Origin: a virus | Taxonomy: Duplodnaviria > Caudoviricetes | Direction: 5' to 3' (one strand) | DNA: 64,000 bases | Virus record (IMG/VR): IMGVR_UViG_3300028591_000119 | Location: 1 to 64,000 of that record | Part shown: positions 27,026-39,200 of the stretch, one piece after another | Position numbering within the stretch: position 1 is the stretch's first letter | Layout: each line of letters opens with the position of its first letter | Notes under the pieces: generated by a model | Databases searched by the model: none | What the model was told of the DNA's origin: nothing | Seen by the model: the letters and a program-made list of their open reading frames with translations, nothing else | Program-made: the position numbers and the translations under genes

Positions 27026-28279
27026 ATGGAAGCTTCTAAAATATTCTTTGATATGATTAATGAATATGCTGCTCCTATTCTTGAAGCAGCAGGATATCAT
27101 TTTTCACCTCAAGGATTTATTGAGGATTACAATGGTAATAAATTATTTTACCAAAATCCAAAATATGTGGATGGAACAAACGATCCACAAAATCCACCAT
27201 TCGTCTATCCAGTAATTCCGATAGATGAACGTTCATATCTCAATATAAAAGCAACCCCTGAGTATGAATTATTTAATCCGTTCCAGAACTTTCGACATGC
27301 TTGTATCGTTCTGATAAAATTAAAGAAAGTTCTTATACCATTCTTTATAAGTAAAGAAGCATTTGAAGAAACAGAAGAAGACGAAATCGATGAAAAATTT
27401 GATGACTGTTTCCAAGTGTATAACAGACGCGATAATGCAGGAAATTATGAAGTAGGTATTGTATGTACTGAAAATCCTAATGAGCCTGTGGAAATAATCA
27501 AATACTCTTCTGAAGAATTAACTAAGAGTGTTTGGTCGCTTTGTGTGTTGATTTACACTAATTTCTGCGCAACTAAACCATGGAAAGTGTATAAAAATAT
27601 TGACCGTGGTTGGAATAAAACTCAGAAACTTTGTGAGGAATGGAACAAAGCAAGAATGCAACTTTTGCAAAACGTAAAAGTTGAACAAGAAAATCGATTG
27701 AATCCTGATATGGAAGATTTATCACAAGGCATTAATATCGGTGAAGATACTAATGACTTTGATATTCTTAAGGATATGTCGATGAAGTATGTTGATATTG
27801 GTGACGGAACCGATTTAAATAATCAGGGTCTTCAAGATTATTTAACAAACATGTTCCCACAGTCTCAATTAACTCCATATGAAGAACCAGTTTCATATGA
27901 TGAATCTGCTGAACTAAACATTTCACCTGAAGTAGTTGTTCCTAGTGAACAAGTTCCTTCATTTGAAGCAATGGATAAAGTAGAAACTGAAAATGAAAAG
28001 GCTATTCTAAAATCAAAAATGGAAGTTGAGAAGGAAATAGAACCTGAAACAAGACGTTCTATATTCAAATGTGGTGGAGGAGATGCTAATGAACCATACA
28101 AAGTACAAACTAATAGCATGTATGGCAACGTGATGAATCCTATGGGAATGATGAATCCTATTGGAATGATGGGTATGAATCCTATGATGATGCAAAGAAT
28201 GAACAACCTTCCTGGCACAAATATTGATGAAATGAACTTATGTTCAGGTCATGTTGATCCGTTCGCTGCATATAGGTAA
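27026..28279 (+). CDS. hypothetical protein with acidic region and Met/Asn/Pro/Gly-rich C-terminal repeats
   Basis: AAGGAG RBS; MNPMGMMNPIGMMGMNPMMMQRM. Confidence 0.82.
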   Translation: MEASKIFFDMINEYAAPILEAAGYHFSPQGFIEDYNGNKLFYQNPKYVDGTNDPQNPPFVYPVIPIDERSYLNIKATPEYELFNPFQNFRHACIVLIKLKKVLIPFFISKEAFEETEEDEIDEKFDDCFQVYNRRDNAGNYEVGIVCTENPNEPVEIIKYSSEELTKSVWSLCVLIYTNFCATKPWKVYKNIDRGWNKTQKLCEEWNKARMQLLQNVKVEQENRLNPDMEDLSQGINIGEDTNDFDILKDMSMKYVDIGDGTDLNNQGLQDYLTNMFPQSQLTPYEEPVSYDESAELNISPEVVVPSEQVPSFEAMDKVETENEKAILKSKMEVEKEIEPETRRSIFKCGGGDANEPYKVQTNSMYGNVMNPMGMMNPIGMMGMNPMMMQRMNNLPGTNIDEMNLCSGHVDPFAAYR

Positions 28280-28300
28280 TAGAAATAAGGAGAAGGAAAT

Positions 28301-29005
28301 ATGAAAAATGCAAAAGATGTCATTTTCAATTGGAGAATCAATAATGATATTGATTTCTCTAAAGGTATTAGACGGATTTATGAATTATGTAAATCTATAA
28401 ATATTGATACTTTTAATACTATATACGCAAAATCTATATGTGCTATGATTGTGTATAATATGATATTGTACGCGAAGAAACAATCAGGAATAGTAGGAAA
28501 TATATGTATTTATCCTGATCCAGCTACGAAAAAACAACTGAATGATTTGATACTTGGTTGTAATGAACATAACGATTATGAAACAAAAATAATATACGGC
28601 GTTAATAATGGTACCAAATCTCCGTTCTTTAAGATATTATTCTCTTCATCTGATGTTGATAAATGTGTAGAAATGTCATTTATGATATATGACCTACGTA
28701 TCTTTGATTGTATCAACACTAGAATGAAGACAACAGAAGATTTTTATAACATCGTCTGTGATAATTGTGCATTCGATAATGTCATTACACATCAAAATTC
28801 TAACACTGAGGTCGTTATTGCAACCCCTGAAGAAGAAAAGCGTTATCTTAAACGCAAAGTATTCCGTGAAACCGTGGACGATATCGCATATGGAGCATTC
28901 GTTGGTACATGTACGATAGCCATAGCTTCATTAGGTATTTTTATGATAAAAGGTCTTGTGGATATGTTTAAAGGTGAAGGTGTAGCACCAGCAGATATCG
29001 TATAA
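28301..29005 (+). CDS. hypothetical protein with C-terminal TM helix
   Basis: RBS present; hydrophobic segment IAYGAFVGTCTIAIASLGIFMI. Confidence 0.78.
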   Translation: MKNAKDVIFNWRINNDIDFSKGIRRIYELCKSINIDTFNTIYAKSICAMIVYNMILYAKKQSGIVGNICIYPDPATKKQLNDLILGCNEHNDYETKIIYGVNNGTKSPFFKILFSSSDVDKCVEMSFMIYDLRIFDCINTRMKTTEDFYNIVCDNCAFDNVITHQNSNTEVVIATPEEEKRYLKRKVFRETVDDIAYGAFVGTCTIAIASLGIFMIKGLVDMFKGEGVAPADIV

Positions 29006-29015
29006 TGATTCTTCT

Positions 29016-29049
29016 AAAAATAAAGCGGATTTTATTCCGCTTTATTTTT
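29016..29049 (+). terminator. intrinsic terminator
   Basis: AAAAATAAAGCGGA-TTTTAT-TCCGCTTTATTTTT. Confidence 0.85.
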
Positions 29050-29059
29050 TATTATTTTT

Positions 29060-29071
29060 GACATCATAATG
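29060..29071 (+). promoter_or_regulatory. late-type promoter motif GACATCATAATG
   Basis: Identical to the copies at 7392 (-) and 33178 (+). Confidence 0.7.
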
Positions 29072-29096
29072 AAATTTGAAAAATAAGGTGATTAAA

Positions 29097-31331
29097 ATGA
29101 TATACACTATGTCAAATATATTATCGTCTATGTATAAAAACGATGTTTTGAACGATATTCTTCTATCAGATAATGCTAGAAAAGAATATTCTAAAATACT
29201 TTACAACTATAAATTAGGTAATCGTAATATATCATTTGATGAACAACTTCAGTCTAAATGGTTAGAAGTTATTGAAAAATATAAGAAGTTTAAATATATT
29301 GAAGATGACAATATTTTAACTTCCGATATTCTACATAGTAAAGAATTCAAAGATTTCCTCGTTGATAAATGTGATGTTTTCTCGAAAAACAGTAAGCGTA
29401 GATTTATCTGGACGTTAACTGACATGTACGAATACACTTACAAAGATTTATCAGCAAGATTGATATTTATTCTTAATAAAATGAATATCATGTTTAAAGA
29501 GATATTTGAAAAAGACGTGTCTGATAAATCTCAATCACCATCGTGGTTCGATAATAATACATTTGTCGAATTAAAACCTATTACCGATGAAATTTTAAAA
29601 TATTTCGAATGTTTTGATGAGTTATATCGTGGTCGTACTGATTACAACGACGTTTTGGATTCATCTAATTTGGGTGAGTATTTTAAAATCATCACATTTG
29701 AGTATATTCCGTCAAACAACACAATAAACAAAATACCGTTCAGTTCAGAATATCGTACTGATATAGATAATAAAGTATATGATCCTATAGACAGATTTGT
29801 AGATTTAGCTATCAATTATAAAGATTCTATGTTTAAAGAAAACGAATCGGATAATAGTGTCATAACTGAATCTTTAACTATTTTCCACCATATGGAGAAC
29901 GATACTAAATATAGAAATAGTAAACTTCACGACATATTATTAAAAATTTTAATAATATATTATGGTATTAAGGAAATAGTAAGAGAAAATAAACTTATAA
30001 ACCTAGAATTCATATGTAATTATTTCGAACATTGTATAGACAATATTGAATTTGAAGCTGATGAATCTGATCCTAGCAAAGTTTCATTGTTAGAATACGG
30101 CGTAGATTTTAAGAAATTCGATAAATTCATGAACGATAAATCGGTAGAAGCAATGGATTCAGGAATGGATTTCGGCGCAAGTCAATTGAAACGAAACGTA
30201 TATCAATCTAACAATTTAGCAATAAATAAAATTGATGAAAAATATAACAAGAAATTCTCAAAACTTAAAAATATTTGGACAGAAATACACGACATTAAAC
30301 CTTCTAAATTGAAAACAAAAATCAATTCAGTATACTTCAAAAAATGGTATGGTAGAATTCCAAGCATGTTCACTAGATATGGTAGTGAAGCTACTGTTAC
30401 TGAAAATAGAATGCGAGGAGATCCTACATTAATACTTGCTAACTCTGCACCAAAATATGTTGCTAATATTGTTACTGATACAAATAAGTTATTCCAAAAC
30501 ATTATCGATATGTCTAAACGAATTGCATCAGTTAGTGATGTACAAGGAAAAATTAATATCGTCAAATCGTGGTGTACTACCTATAAAATCGAGGATATCA
30601 CTGATCCTAAGTCTATTGAAAAGAGCATTGTTAATGAAATTACTCTTAGAATAGCTAAATGTATATTTCAGAATAATGATGTTTATGGTTATTCTGCTGA
30701 AGGTATAGTAGAAAACGGTAAATTTCCATCGGCTAATCATATAGTGACATCATTGTTTATTGAGAATTCTAACGAAGAGCCACAACAACAATCGGTTGCG
30801 GATATATTTAGTAAACCGGAAAGTATTACTGTATATGCTCATCCTAATAAGTTAGCTACATTTGATGAATTGTTTAAAAAGACATCAAATGCTATCGTAC
30901 AGAACTTTAATCAAAAATTAATTAATAGCGTTCATGAAAATCTTGAAACTAATTTTAGAAATTATTCTAACTCATTAAGACGTAAGAGCGATCAGATTGA
31001 TGGTGGTGAAGCAAATGATGCTGAAAACAATAAAAAGATAGCTAAAGCTATTGAAAATGGTATTGTTACAGGTTTAGATCTGGCTATAGATCAGAAAGCA
31101 AGATGTATGCAATGTGTTGGTGCAATGTATGATATGCTTGTGAAAGTACAAAAATTAGCTAAGTTATGTGTAGCAGCATTACATGAAGCTGAAGTTAGAC
31201 ACTCGGATAATCGTATGAATACTGGTGTCAATGATAAGCTTAGAAATGCAACTAATACAAGACTTGATAAAATTAATCAACAAAATAACGCTGAAAAATA
31301 CAAAGATATTAAACCTGGAAACTATGTATAG
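29097..31331 (+). CDS. probable internal head (inner-body) protein
   Basis: Late-type promoter; a central SVEA site followed by a helical domain (KLKNIW..I); close to the prohead protease gene. Start moved to ATG 29097 (AAGGTG RBS). Confidence 0.45.
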   Translation: MIYTMSNILSSMYKNDVLNDILLSDNARKEYSKILYNYKLGNRNISFDEQLQSKWLEVIEKYKKFKYIEDDNILTSDILHSKEFKDFLVDKCDVFSKNSKRRFIWTLTDMYEYTYKDLSARLIFILNKMNIMFKEIFEKDVSDKSQSPSWFDNNTFVELKPITDEILKYFECFDELYRGRTDYNDVLDSSNLGEYFKIITFEYIPSNNTINKIPFSSEYRTDIDNKVYDPIDRFVDLAINYKDSMFKENESDNSVITESLTIFHHMENDTKYRNSKLHDILLKILIIYYGIKEIVRENKLINLEFICNYFEHCIDNIEFEADESDPSKVSLLEYGVDFKKFDKFMNDKSVEAMDSGMDFGASQLKRNVYQSNNLAINKIDEKYNKKFSKLKNIWTEIHDIKPSKLKTKINSVYFKKWYGRIPSMFTRYGSEATVTENRMRGDPTLILANSAPKYVANIVTDTNKLFQNIIDMSKRIASVSDVQGKINIVKSWCTTYKIEDITDPKSIEKSIVNEITLRIAKCIFQNNDVYGYSAEGIVENGKFPSANHIVTSLFIENSNEEPQQQSVADIFSKPESITVYAHPNKLATFDELFKKTSNAIVQNFNQKLINSVHENLETNFRNYSNSLRRKSDQIDGGEANDAENNKKIAKAIENGIVTGLDLAIDQKARCMQCVGAMYDMLVKVQKLAKLCVAALHEAEVRHSDNRMNTGVNDKLRNATNTRLDKINQQNNAEKYKDIKPGNYV

Positions 31332-31335
31332 GACA

Positions 31336-31365
31336 TTTGAACTCTCCTTAATTGGAGAGTTCAAA
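31336..31365 (+). terminator. intrinsic terminator
   Basis: TTTGAACTCTCC-TTAATT-GGAGAGTTCAAA. Confidence 0.82.
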
Positions 31366-31384
31366 TTTATTTAATAATATGATA

Positions 31385-31398
31385 GACGTTCATATTAT
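31385..31398 (+). promoter_or_regulatory. early-type promoter motif GACGTTCATATTAT
   Basis: Identical to 19222-19235; followed by the hairpin GTACTTATC...GATAAAGTAC and AGGAGG. Confidence 0.7.
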
Positions 31399-31469
31399 TA
31401 TTATGTATAAATGCTTAAGGGTACTTATCTTGCTTAAAGGATAAAGTACTTTTTGTAGGAGGTGGTTAT

Positions 31470-31748
31470 ATGAAAATGAACCAGACCACTAAAGAAAATT
31501 TGATCGCTGGCACGATCGGTGTTGTTGCTACATGTGCTACTTATCTCGGATTGGCTTTCGGGGCAAGAGAACAAGGTATGAGCATTGCGACACCTCACAT
31601 TACTCCTTCTAATGAAGGTGCTAGTGTGGTTGCTGGCATAGCCAGTCTTGGGGTAGGCTTATCCTTTGCGTCTACTGCAAAGGTGTTGATGAAAGGGAAA
31701 AGACTAGGAATTTGGAATAAGAAGGAAGAATCATCTTCTAATTCTTAG
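31470..31748 (+). CDS. small two-TM membrane protein
   Basis: Two Gly/Ala-rich hydrophobic segments; AGGAGG RBS; own promoter motif and terminator. Confidence 0.75.
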   Translation: MKMNQTTKENLIAGTIGVVATCATYLGLAFGAREQGMSIATPHITPSNEGASVVAGIASLGVGLSFASTAKVLMKGKRLGIWNKKEESSSNS

Positions 31749-31756
31749 GAGAAATA

Positions 31757-31787
31757 AATAAGCTGCTGGGAGAACCAGCAGCTTATT
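31757..31787. terminator. bidirectional intrinsic terminator
   Basis: AATAAGCTGCTGG-GAGAA-CCAGCAGCTTATT. Confidence 0.88.
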
Positions 31788-31792
31788 ATTTT

Positions 31793-32704
31793 TTATTTCA
31801 TTTTTAGTACATCCGATAAGATGTATGAATTTAATGGAATAGTTGCGTTAATACCTTCAGCAGTACAAAGTTTTACTTTTTTATCCTTAGTAATCATTAC
31901 TTTAGTACTATCATAATCTATTCCAAAAATATCAGATATAATTCTACCAGATTCTTCACTCTTTAACATTTCTTTAATTGTTTTTTCTGGATTAGAGAAT
32001 TCAGCAATGAATATACCTGAACTTTCTGTAGATGAAACTCCGCGTTTCAAATCAATTTTTTCAGCCTGATATTCTCCATCTTTAATCAATCTACATGGTG
32101 GTAACCCGCATGTGGTAACTAAATCTGCTGGAGTAATAGGGTACATCTTATATTTTTTCACGTAAACCTTTCTACCATTCTGTTCTTTAACCACATAGTT
32201 AGGAGTAGAAATACGACAAGAAGCACCATAGTTACAACCGTACATCTTAATATTAGGATGTACAATAGATGTACCAAGAGGAGCACAAAGACCAACTTTA
32301 CCTGAGAAATGATCGCCTTTATCTTCAAGAGATAAAATATTCCAAGCATATCTTGTTGGTTCGATAAACATGAATCGCGATAGTTCAGCTTCTGCTGGTG
32401 GATGTTCAAGTTCACCGTACATTGTACGGTTTCTAATATTTTCTTGTATCCAAGTACTTTCCATGAAGGAACGTTTAGTATCATCAGCAGGATAGAAATT
32501 GTTATTTCTAGACAACATATCAAAATACATGAAATCAATATACCAAATTAAACCATCATCTGATACTATATTTTTCTCGGTAAAAGGAACAATTGATTCA
32601 CATGATACAATAATTGGTTTATTAAAATCTAATAATTCAAATTTTTTAGATTCTGAAGAAAACCACTCAAAAGGAGCAGATTTCTTATCTCTATATCCTG
32701 GCAT
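31793..32704 (-). CDS. prohead (head maturation) protease, T4 gp21 / phiKZ gp175-like
   Basis: SRNNNFYP, MYGELEHP (catalytic His), GASCR (catalytic Ser) and TPADLV (Asp); STES/SEES possible self-cleavage sites near the C-terminus. Confidence 0.82.
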   Translation of the reverse strand: MPGYRDKKSAPFEWFSSESKKFELLDFNKPIIVSCESIVPFTEKNIVSDDGLIWYIDFMYFDMLSRNNNFYPADDTKRSFMESTWIQENIRNRTMYGELEHPPAEAELSRFMFIEPTRYAWNILSLEDKGDHFSGKVGLCAPLGTSIVHPNIKMYGCNYGASCRISTPNYVVKEQNGRKVYVKKYKMYPITPADLVTTCGLPPCRLIKDGEYQAEKIDLKRGVSSTESSGIFIAEFSNPEKTIKEMLKSEESGRIISDIFGIDYDSTKVMITKDKKVKLCTAEGINATIPLNSYILSDVLKMK

Positions 32705-32735
32705 ATAAAAGCCTCCAATTAACCTGATTTTTAAT

Positions 32736-32747
32736 CATTATAATGTT
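32736..32747 (-). promoter_or_regulatory. late-type promoter motif AACATTATAATG
   Basis: Upstream of the prohead protease gene. Confidence 0.65.
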
Positions 32748-32817
32748 TTTATTTAAATCAACGTATATAACACATATATTATAAATATGGAGGAAAGGAA
32801 ATACTATTAAATTCAAA

Positions 32818-32853
32818 AAAAAAATAACCGCGTCTAATACGGTTATTTTTTTT
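32818..32853. terminator. bidirectional intrinsic terminator
   Basis: AAAAAAATAACCG-CGTCTAATA-CGGTTATTTTTTT. Confidence 0.75.
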
Positions 32854-32891
32854 AATTTCAGAAACGCGATAATGCTTTAATTTGGGGGGTT

Positions 32892-33122
32892 TTATTTTAG
32901 AATTTCTAAAACCTTGTAGTAATTATCTATTCCATGAATAAATAATTTTACAAGTTTACGTTTTCCGAAAAACCTAGGAACAGCCAATACAGTATCTCCA
33001 TCAAGGTCTATACCGGTTTCTTTCCAATCCTTACAACCATCGTTCTGATAAATAACGTTTATAAACTTTTTAAATCTAAATTTTATAAATTTTAAATTGT
33101 AATTTTTTTCTTTTTTGTTCAT
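32892..33122 (-). CDS. 76-aa basic protein containing GIDLDGDTVLAVP
   Basis: GGAGG RBS before ATG 33122; TATATATT motif upstream. Confidence 0.7.
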   Translation of the reverse strand: MNKKEKNYNLKFIKFRFKKFINVIYQNDGCKDWKETGIDLDGDTVLAVPRFFGKRKLVKLFIHGIDNYYKVLEILK

Positions 33123-33177
33123 TTTATACCTCCATTTATACAATATATAAAATAAAACTCTTACATTTTAATTTTTT

Positions 33178-33189
33178 GACATCATAATG
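33178..33189 (+). promoter_or_regulatory. late-type promoter motif GACATCATAATG
   Basis: Third identical copy. Confidence 0.7.
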
Positions 33190-33223
33190 TATTAACATTA
33201 AAAGCAATGTTTTGGAGGAAAAT

Positions 33224-36200
33224 ATGCCCGAAACAAAGAAATATGTATCAATTCCTACTATAGATAACTGCAATTTGCCTACTTCTTTAATAAGAAAGTG
33301 TAAAGAAACGTATCGTAAATACGGTAAATATAAACTGTATGATGTTTTAAATGCAGATTTAAATAGTAAAATTAAATACAATACTGAAGAAAGAGATAGA
33401 TTTAAAAAGCTTGAACTAACAAAACGCTATCTTTATTTATACCGAAAAGCTATGGCTGAGACCATGGGGTTCGTATATAATGATGATAATCAACTTTCTT
33501 TATTAGATGAAGAAATTAAGGAATTCGATGATACCAATAAATGTCCATATTGTGGACAACCCTTACATAAATTATCTCAGATAGGTTTAATGAAGGGATT
33601 TCCTAAATCACACTTTAACGATGTATTTAAGAAATATGAACATCTTGTATTATTCAATAGATATCCTGAAAAACACTCTATAACTGTATCTCTAAAACAA
33701 TATCTTGATGATATTAAATTGCCTATACAGATAGGATATGAATTTGCATATTGGTCTATGACTTCTGAAAAACCTGTAGATATATCTACTCAACGAGTTT
33801 TAGATGATAATATTACTGATGTTTTAGATGATGAAACATATGCAATGTTATCAGAAGAAGATAAACGTAATCGTGTTAAATTACGTTCAGATTTAAGTAT
33901 TCTTAACTTTATTGATATGAATCCTGAGTCTGCTGATTATGGAAAATTATCTATATATGCAATTTATAAAAGTAATTCTGATAATGTTTTAATGCCAATT
34001 GTTAAAAAATATAATATCACATTAAACGATATATATTCATTATATTCCGAAAACATGATGGATAATAAACGATATAAAGACGCATTTGATTTTTTAAATC
34101 ACAAATCGGATTATTATGAATTCGGATATTTTGCTATCGATACAGATAAAAGTGTTTTAAAGGTGATTGATAAAGATAAAGACGTTAATGTTTCTGTAAA
34201 AGAATATCTTTATGAAAATTCTCATCTTGCTAATAAAGAAATCAGCTTAGATATAGTTTCAATATTCACGGCTAAACCTAAAATAAATAATGCTAATTAT
34301 GTTGATTTTGGAAAAAATATACGTCAATTAGCTATAGAAGTTTTAACCGAACCATATTTAATAGATACTGTTAGCAGCACAGATGCTGATGGTAATGTCA
34401 AAGTTGAAGAAGTAGGTAAATATACCTTCTTTCAATGGTCTATGGATGATGAAGCTTCAATATTTATTCTTGAAGATGATAGAAGTTTGGCTAAATTACA
34501 TGAAATAGATTCTATTATAGATAATAATAAAATAGAATTATATGCTTTATTTAAATACAATGTAGTAGTTGGAACAATGGCTTACGATGACGATTGTTAT
34601 TCTTCTGTATATAGACAATATAAAGGAATAGATAAAGCATATGATAAGAAAGTTTTTAATGAGTATCATTCTTCTATATATACAGGCGATAAAGCAAATA
34701 TCACTGAAAAACAGTATTCGTTATTACCAGATGAAGAAAAAGCTAAATATAAATTACAACGTTCGTTAGTTAGTTATAGAGGATATCCTAATGTAGCAGG
34801 TTCGGTTAATTCATATATTAAAGACGGTTTATTGAGAATAGTACGATGTGAATCTGATAATTCTGAGAATATAGATTCAGATGGTCAAGTTCAATATAAT
34901 AAATATAAAAAATATCAACCATATTCTCATATAAATAATGAACCTACTGGTGTATGTTTAACGTATTCTACTCCTGGTGATTTTGAAATCTGGTATAATC
35001 TTAATCGCGAATTATGGTACAGATATCTTAACGAATATGGTAAATCTAAAGTAAAAACTAAATGGTTAAATTCTAGTGATTTAAACGAAGAACCTAGAGA
35101 CAGTAAACCTGAGGACGATGATTCAAATTTATGGATTGAATATGTTTGTTCTAAGAAAATCGGTGTAACTGAATACATATCTCTTACAGATGAAAATAAA
35201 CTCAATTGTGAAATAAATAAAATATATTATGAACATGAATGGATAGATGTAACTGATAAATATATTCAAGAAGTATTTAACTGTCATTCTATAAAAGAAT
35301 ACAATAATAAAATTGGTATAAAAGATAGATCTTATGGTGTAGATACTCGTTCATTTGCCGATATAACCAATGAAACATATCGCATATATAAATATTGGTT
35401 AGATAATGATACGAATATCGATAAAACTGAAATAGATTTTGGAAAAGATTATGATATTATTTTAACTTCTAAATTTTTAAGAAATATAAATGATGATGGT
35501 AATTATTGGCTATATCCTATAAATGAATCTAATAGATTATCTTTCTTAAATCTATTAAATTCTGCTACACCGGAAAACAGTTCGGATCTATATTATAGAT
35601 ACGATAAATATATTTTCTTTAAAGATGATATAGTTGATAATCCATTAGAATATACTAGATTACGTCCTACTGATAGCACTGGTTCAGATAGATTAAAATA
35701 TACCCTAGAAAATGTATGGAAATGTTGTAGTTTTGAAAATGGGGATATATTGATTTATAGAAACCATGAATGGCTTAAAAATGAATCCGGTAATTATGTA
35801 GAAGATAATCCAAAAATAACCGTATCTAATCTTCCGATAGAACTACAACAAGCAGCATTTAAATACGGAGTATCAACATCATTCAATATTATAAATGATA
35901 TTGATAAATTAACTAATGAATATTTATTACGATATTCGGATATCATAATATCTGGTCCAGGTATAGATGAAGTAGAATACTATGATAGCTCAGATAAAGA
36001 AACTACTATCCCTGAGACAATAGTGAAAATACGTTATTCGAATATTAGAGAAAGTAAAAATACTTTAAATATTCAAAGAGAATATAAACGTCGAACTGAT
36101 TCTAATGGTGAAAGCGAACGTATTGATAATAGTGGTAGAGGCACACAAGTATATGCTTTAATCGATAAAGATATTATAGGTATAGATAAATATCTTGAAT

Positions 36201-39200
36201 TATCCCAAAAAACCGAAAATATTCAGAGCGTAAACGACAATGGTCAAACGATATTCACCCCAGTAAAAATTTATCCTGAATTAGAGGGTAAAACTCGAGT
36301 TGAACTTTGGATTTATTGGAATGATATAGTTGATATGATCACTGAAACTGGTATAGTAGAAACAGCTAACGGTCCAATAACCGTATTTGACAAAATTAAA
36401 CCACCTGAAAATAATCCTATAATTTACAGATTAGAAACCGATGATGAATTCACTTCAAGGGTAAATTATGCTACCGATAGTACAAATGATTTAGAAAACA
36501 ATCAAATTGATCCTAAATATAAATTTGAATATTATGGTAAAAGTATAGAAGACGACACACTAATAGTGTGGAGAGAAGAAAATAAAATGGATTTCTATAC
36601 TTCGTGGTATGCACAAGCGGATGTTGATATGTTGAATTCTTCAGGAGAACGAATCATATCTATTAGTGGTGGTTATCCTGATAAAAAAGGAAATTTTGTA
36701 CCTATTACGGAAACTTCTAGTAATTTAAGAAATACGACTATCAAATCCATTTCATATTCAGATGATGCGCTTTCTATTTTAGATGATCCTAATTCAGAAA
36801 CTTTACAACAAGAAAACGAACAGGAACAAGACACGCACGTGTGGTGGAACCAATATGGTAAATATTTAACTGGATCTGAGAAAAATAATTATATTGTGAA
36901 TGTCGGTATCAATTTTTCAGGTTGGGTATGGACAGGTTGGGATAATGTAGCGTTTTATGATAATGGTAAAGATAAATCCCTCAATATCGATGAATGTGTT
37001 TTAGGAAACGGCGGTTTAATTGAAGCATATCCATTTAATGATTTTGAAAATTATAAAAGTATGGGGTATCAAAGGGTAATATTTCCTAAAGAATACAATA
37101 AAACTTATGCTACTAAAATCGCTAAAGTATCTGGAAAAAATAAACTAGTAAATATAGCTGATTCTAATACTAAAGAACCTATTCGTTTACTTAGATTCTG
37201 TAATAATCAAGAATGTGAATTATTTAAGAAACGTTTAGATAAGTCTAAATGGTCATTCCAGAATTATGGTTCATATTTCTTATTAAATACTCCAGACAAT
37301 CAAGCTCATCCAGGTTTATCATTAGATGAAGCTATGCCGAATATAAACATTGACGGTTCAATGCCATCTAAAGACAAATATAAAACTGAAACTTCTCAAA
37401 TTAGATTTTTAAATTCTGAATTTGATTCACCTGATGCGACTGCTGCATTTGGTAGACGCGATGGAACTTCTGAACTAAGAAATAAAGAAGTCGTTATAGA
37501 TCCTGATAATGGTTCAGAAACATATCTATTACAAGGTTTCAGTTTAGACGTTTATCCATGGCATTATAAAAATCGTAAAGGCGATGATGATGATCGAGAT
37601 ATTAATACGCATAGTGGAAAAATTATAAAATATCTCATGCATTCTGTGGGCGGAAATGCTACTCCTAACGATTTAAGATTCGAATTCGAATATAAATATG
37701 CTACTGACGAATTTTCTATAAGTAAAATGAGTTCGTATACTAGTGATTATAATGTTTATAAAATTAAAGAACAATTGGATGCTTTAAAACAAATATCACA
37801 TGATAAATCAATAATTCCTCTTAGAGATAGACCTATTAAAGAATTCCAAGAGCAATATAAAGAAGTATTATTTAATACTTTTGAAAATACTTTAATACAA
37901 TTAAATAATTCTGAATCACCATATTCATTATTCAATAAAGAAGAATTATTAATAATGAATAGTATACTTACAGATTTATTTACGTTCAATAAAAATAATC
38001 CTAATTCTACTAATTTTATAGATTTCAAACTTGAAATAATTTCTCTAATGAATGAAATGATGGATTATGAATATTATAGAAGAAATTATTGGGATGAAAA
38101 TAAACAAAATAGCGAATATTTATTGAACAAAGAAATATTTGATAAGATACTAAATATATACGACCATAAAGAAGAAATAATAAATGGTGGAGAAATTGTA
38201 GCAGATGAAACTACGTTTAAAAATTTCTTTAAAGAACAAATCAAATATAAGACTATAAAATTAGACAATATCAATAGAAATATTTACGACAATAAACCTA
38301 TCAAACGAATGATAGTTAAACGAACATATAATGCATTAGTCGATACTACGTTATCAGAAATTATCCAATCATATGGAAATGTACCTGAATATTCAGACGC
38401 AACTGATGAAAACGGTAATCGTCTTGATAAGTTTGTTGGATGGGCTAAAAACGATATCGCTTCAGTTTATTGGAATCTTGCCGGTAATGAAGCTAACTAT
38501 CCTGTTGATAAAAATAAATCTATTGATTTGTATCTTGTGTATGATTTTGAAACCATTAAACTTACTAAAAATTTCTTAAATCTTGTTGAAGTATTTGAAT
38601 CTGTCAATAACAGTACTGTATATCTAAAATTTGATTTGGAAGAAGATGTAGGTACGATGTGGTATAGAGGTAAAGATGCTATTAAAGAAGAAATAAAAGA
38701 AAAATTAGCAGATTTACATGAACGAATCGCATTACCATCAGAATTCATGTGCTGTTTATTCAATTTTATATCTGCTCCAAAACGATATAATATTTATGCA
38801 GATGAAAATGGTAATATAAGTAGTTTATTCGTACCTTCAGGGTTAATAACTTCTCCAGATAAGCCTATAGGTTTATCTATAGCTAGAAAATCTAATGGAA
38901 ATAAATATAATAATGCGATAATAACTAAACCATGGAAATTAGCTAAAAATAATTCCAATAATCAGAACGTAAAAGAACAATATTATTTATTATACAATGA
39001 TAGTGAAATATTAGCATATTCATTTTTCAATAATGGTTGGATAACAGATATTTATGGTGAAGAACTCGCTAAAAAGAAATTTCCATTAATGAAATTTTCA
39101 GAAAATCCAATAAAATATGTTTTCCCTGAATCTAAACTATTAAAGATTATACCTGTTAGTACAAAAGAACATGAATCGGTACTTGTATTGATATATGATA

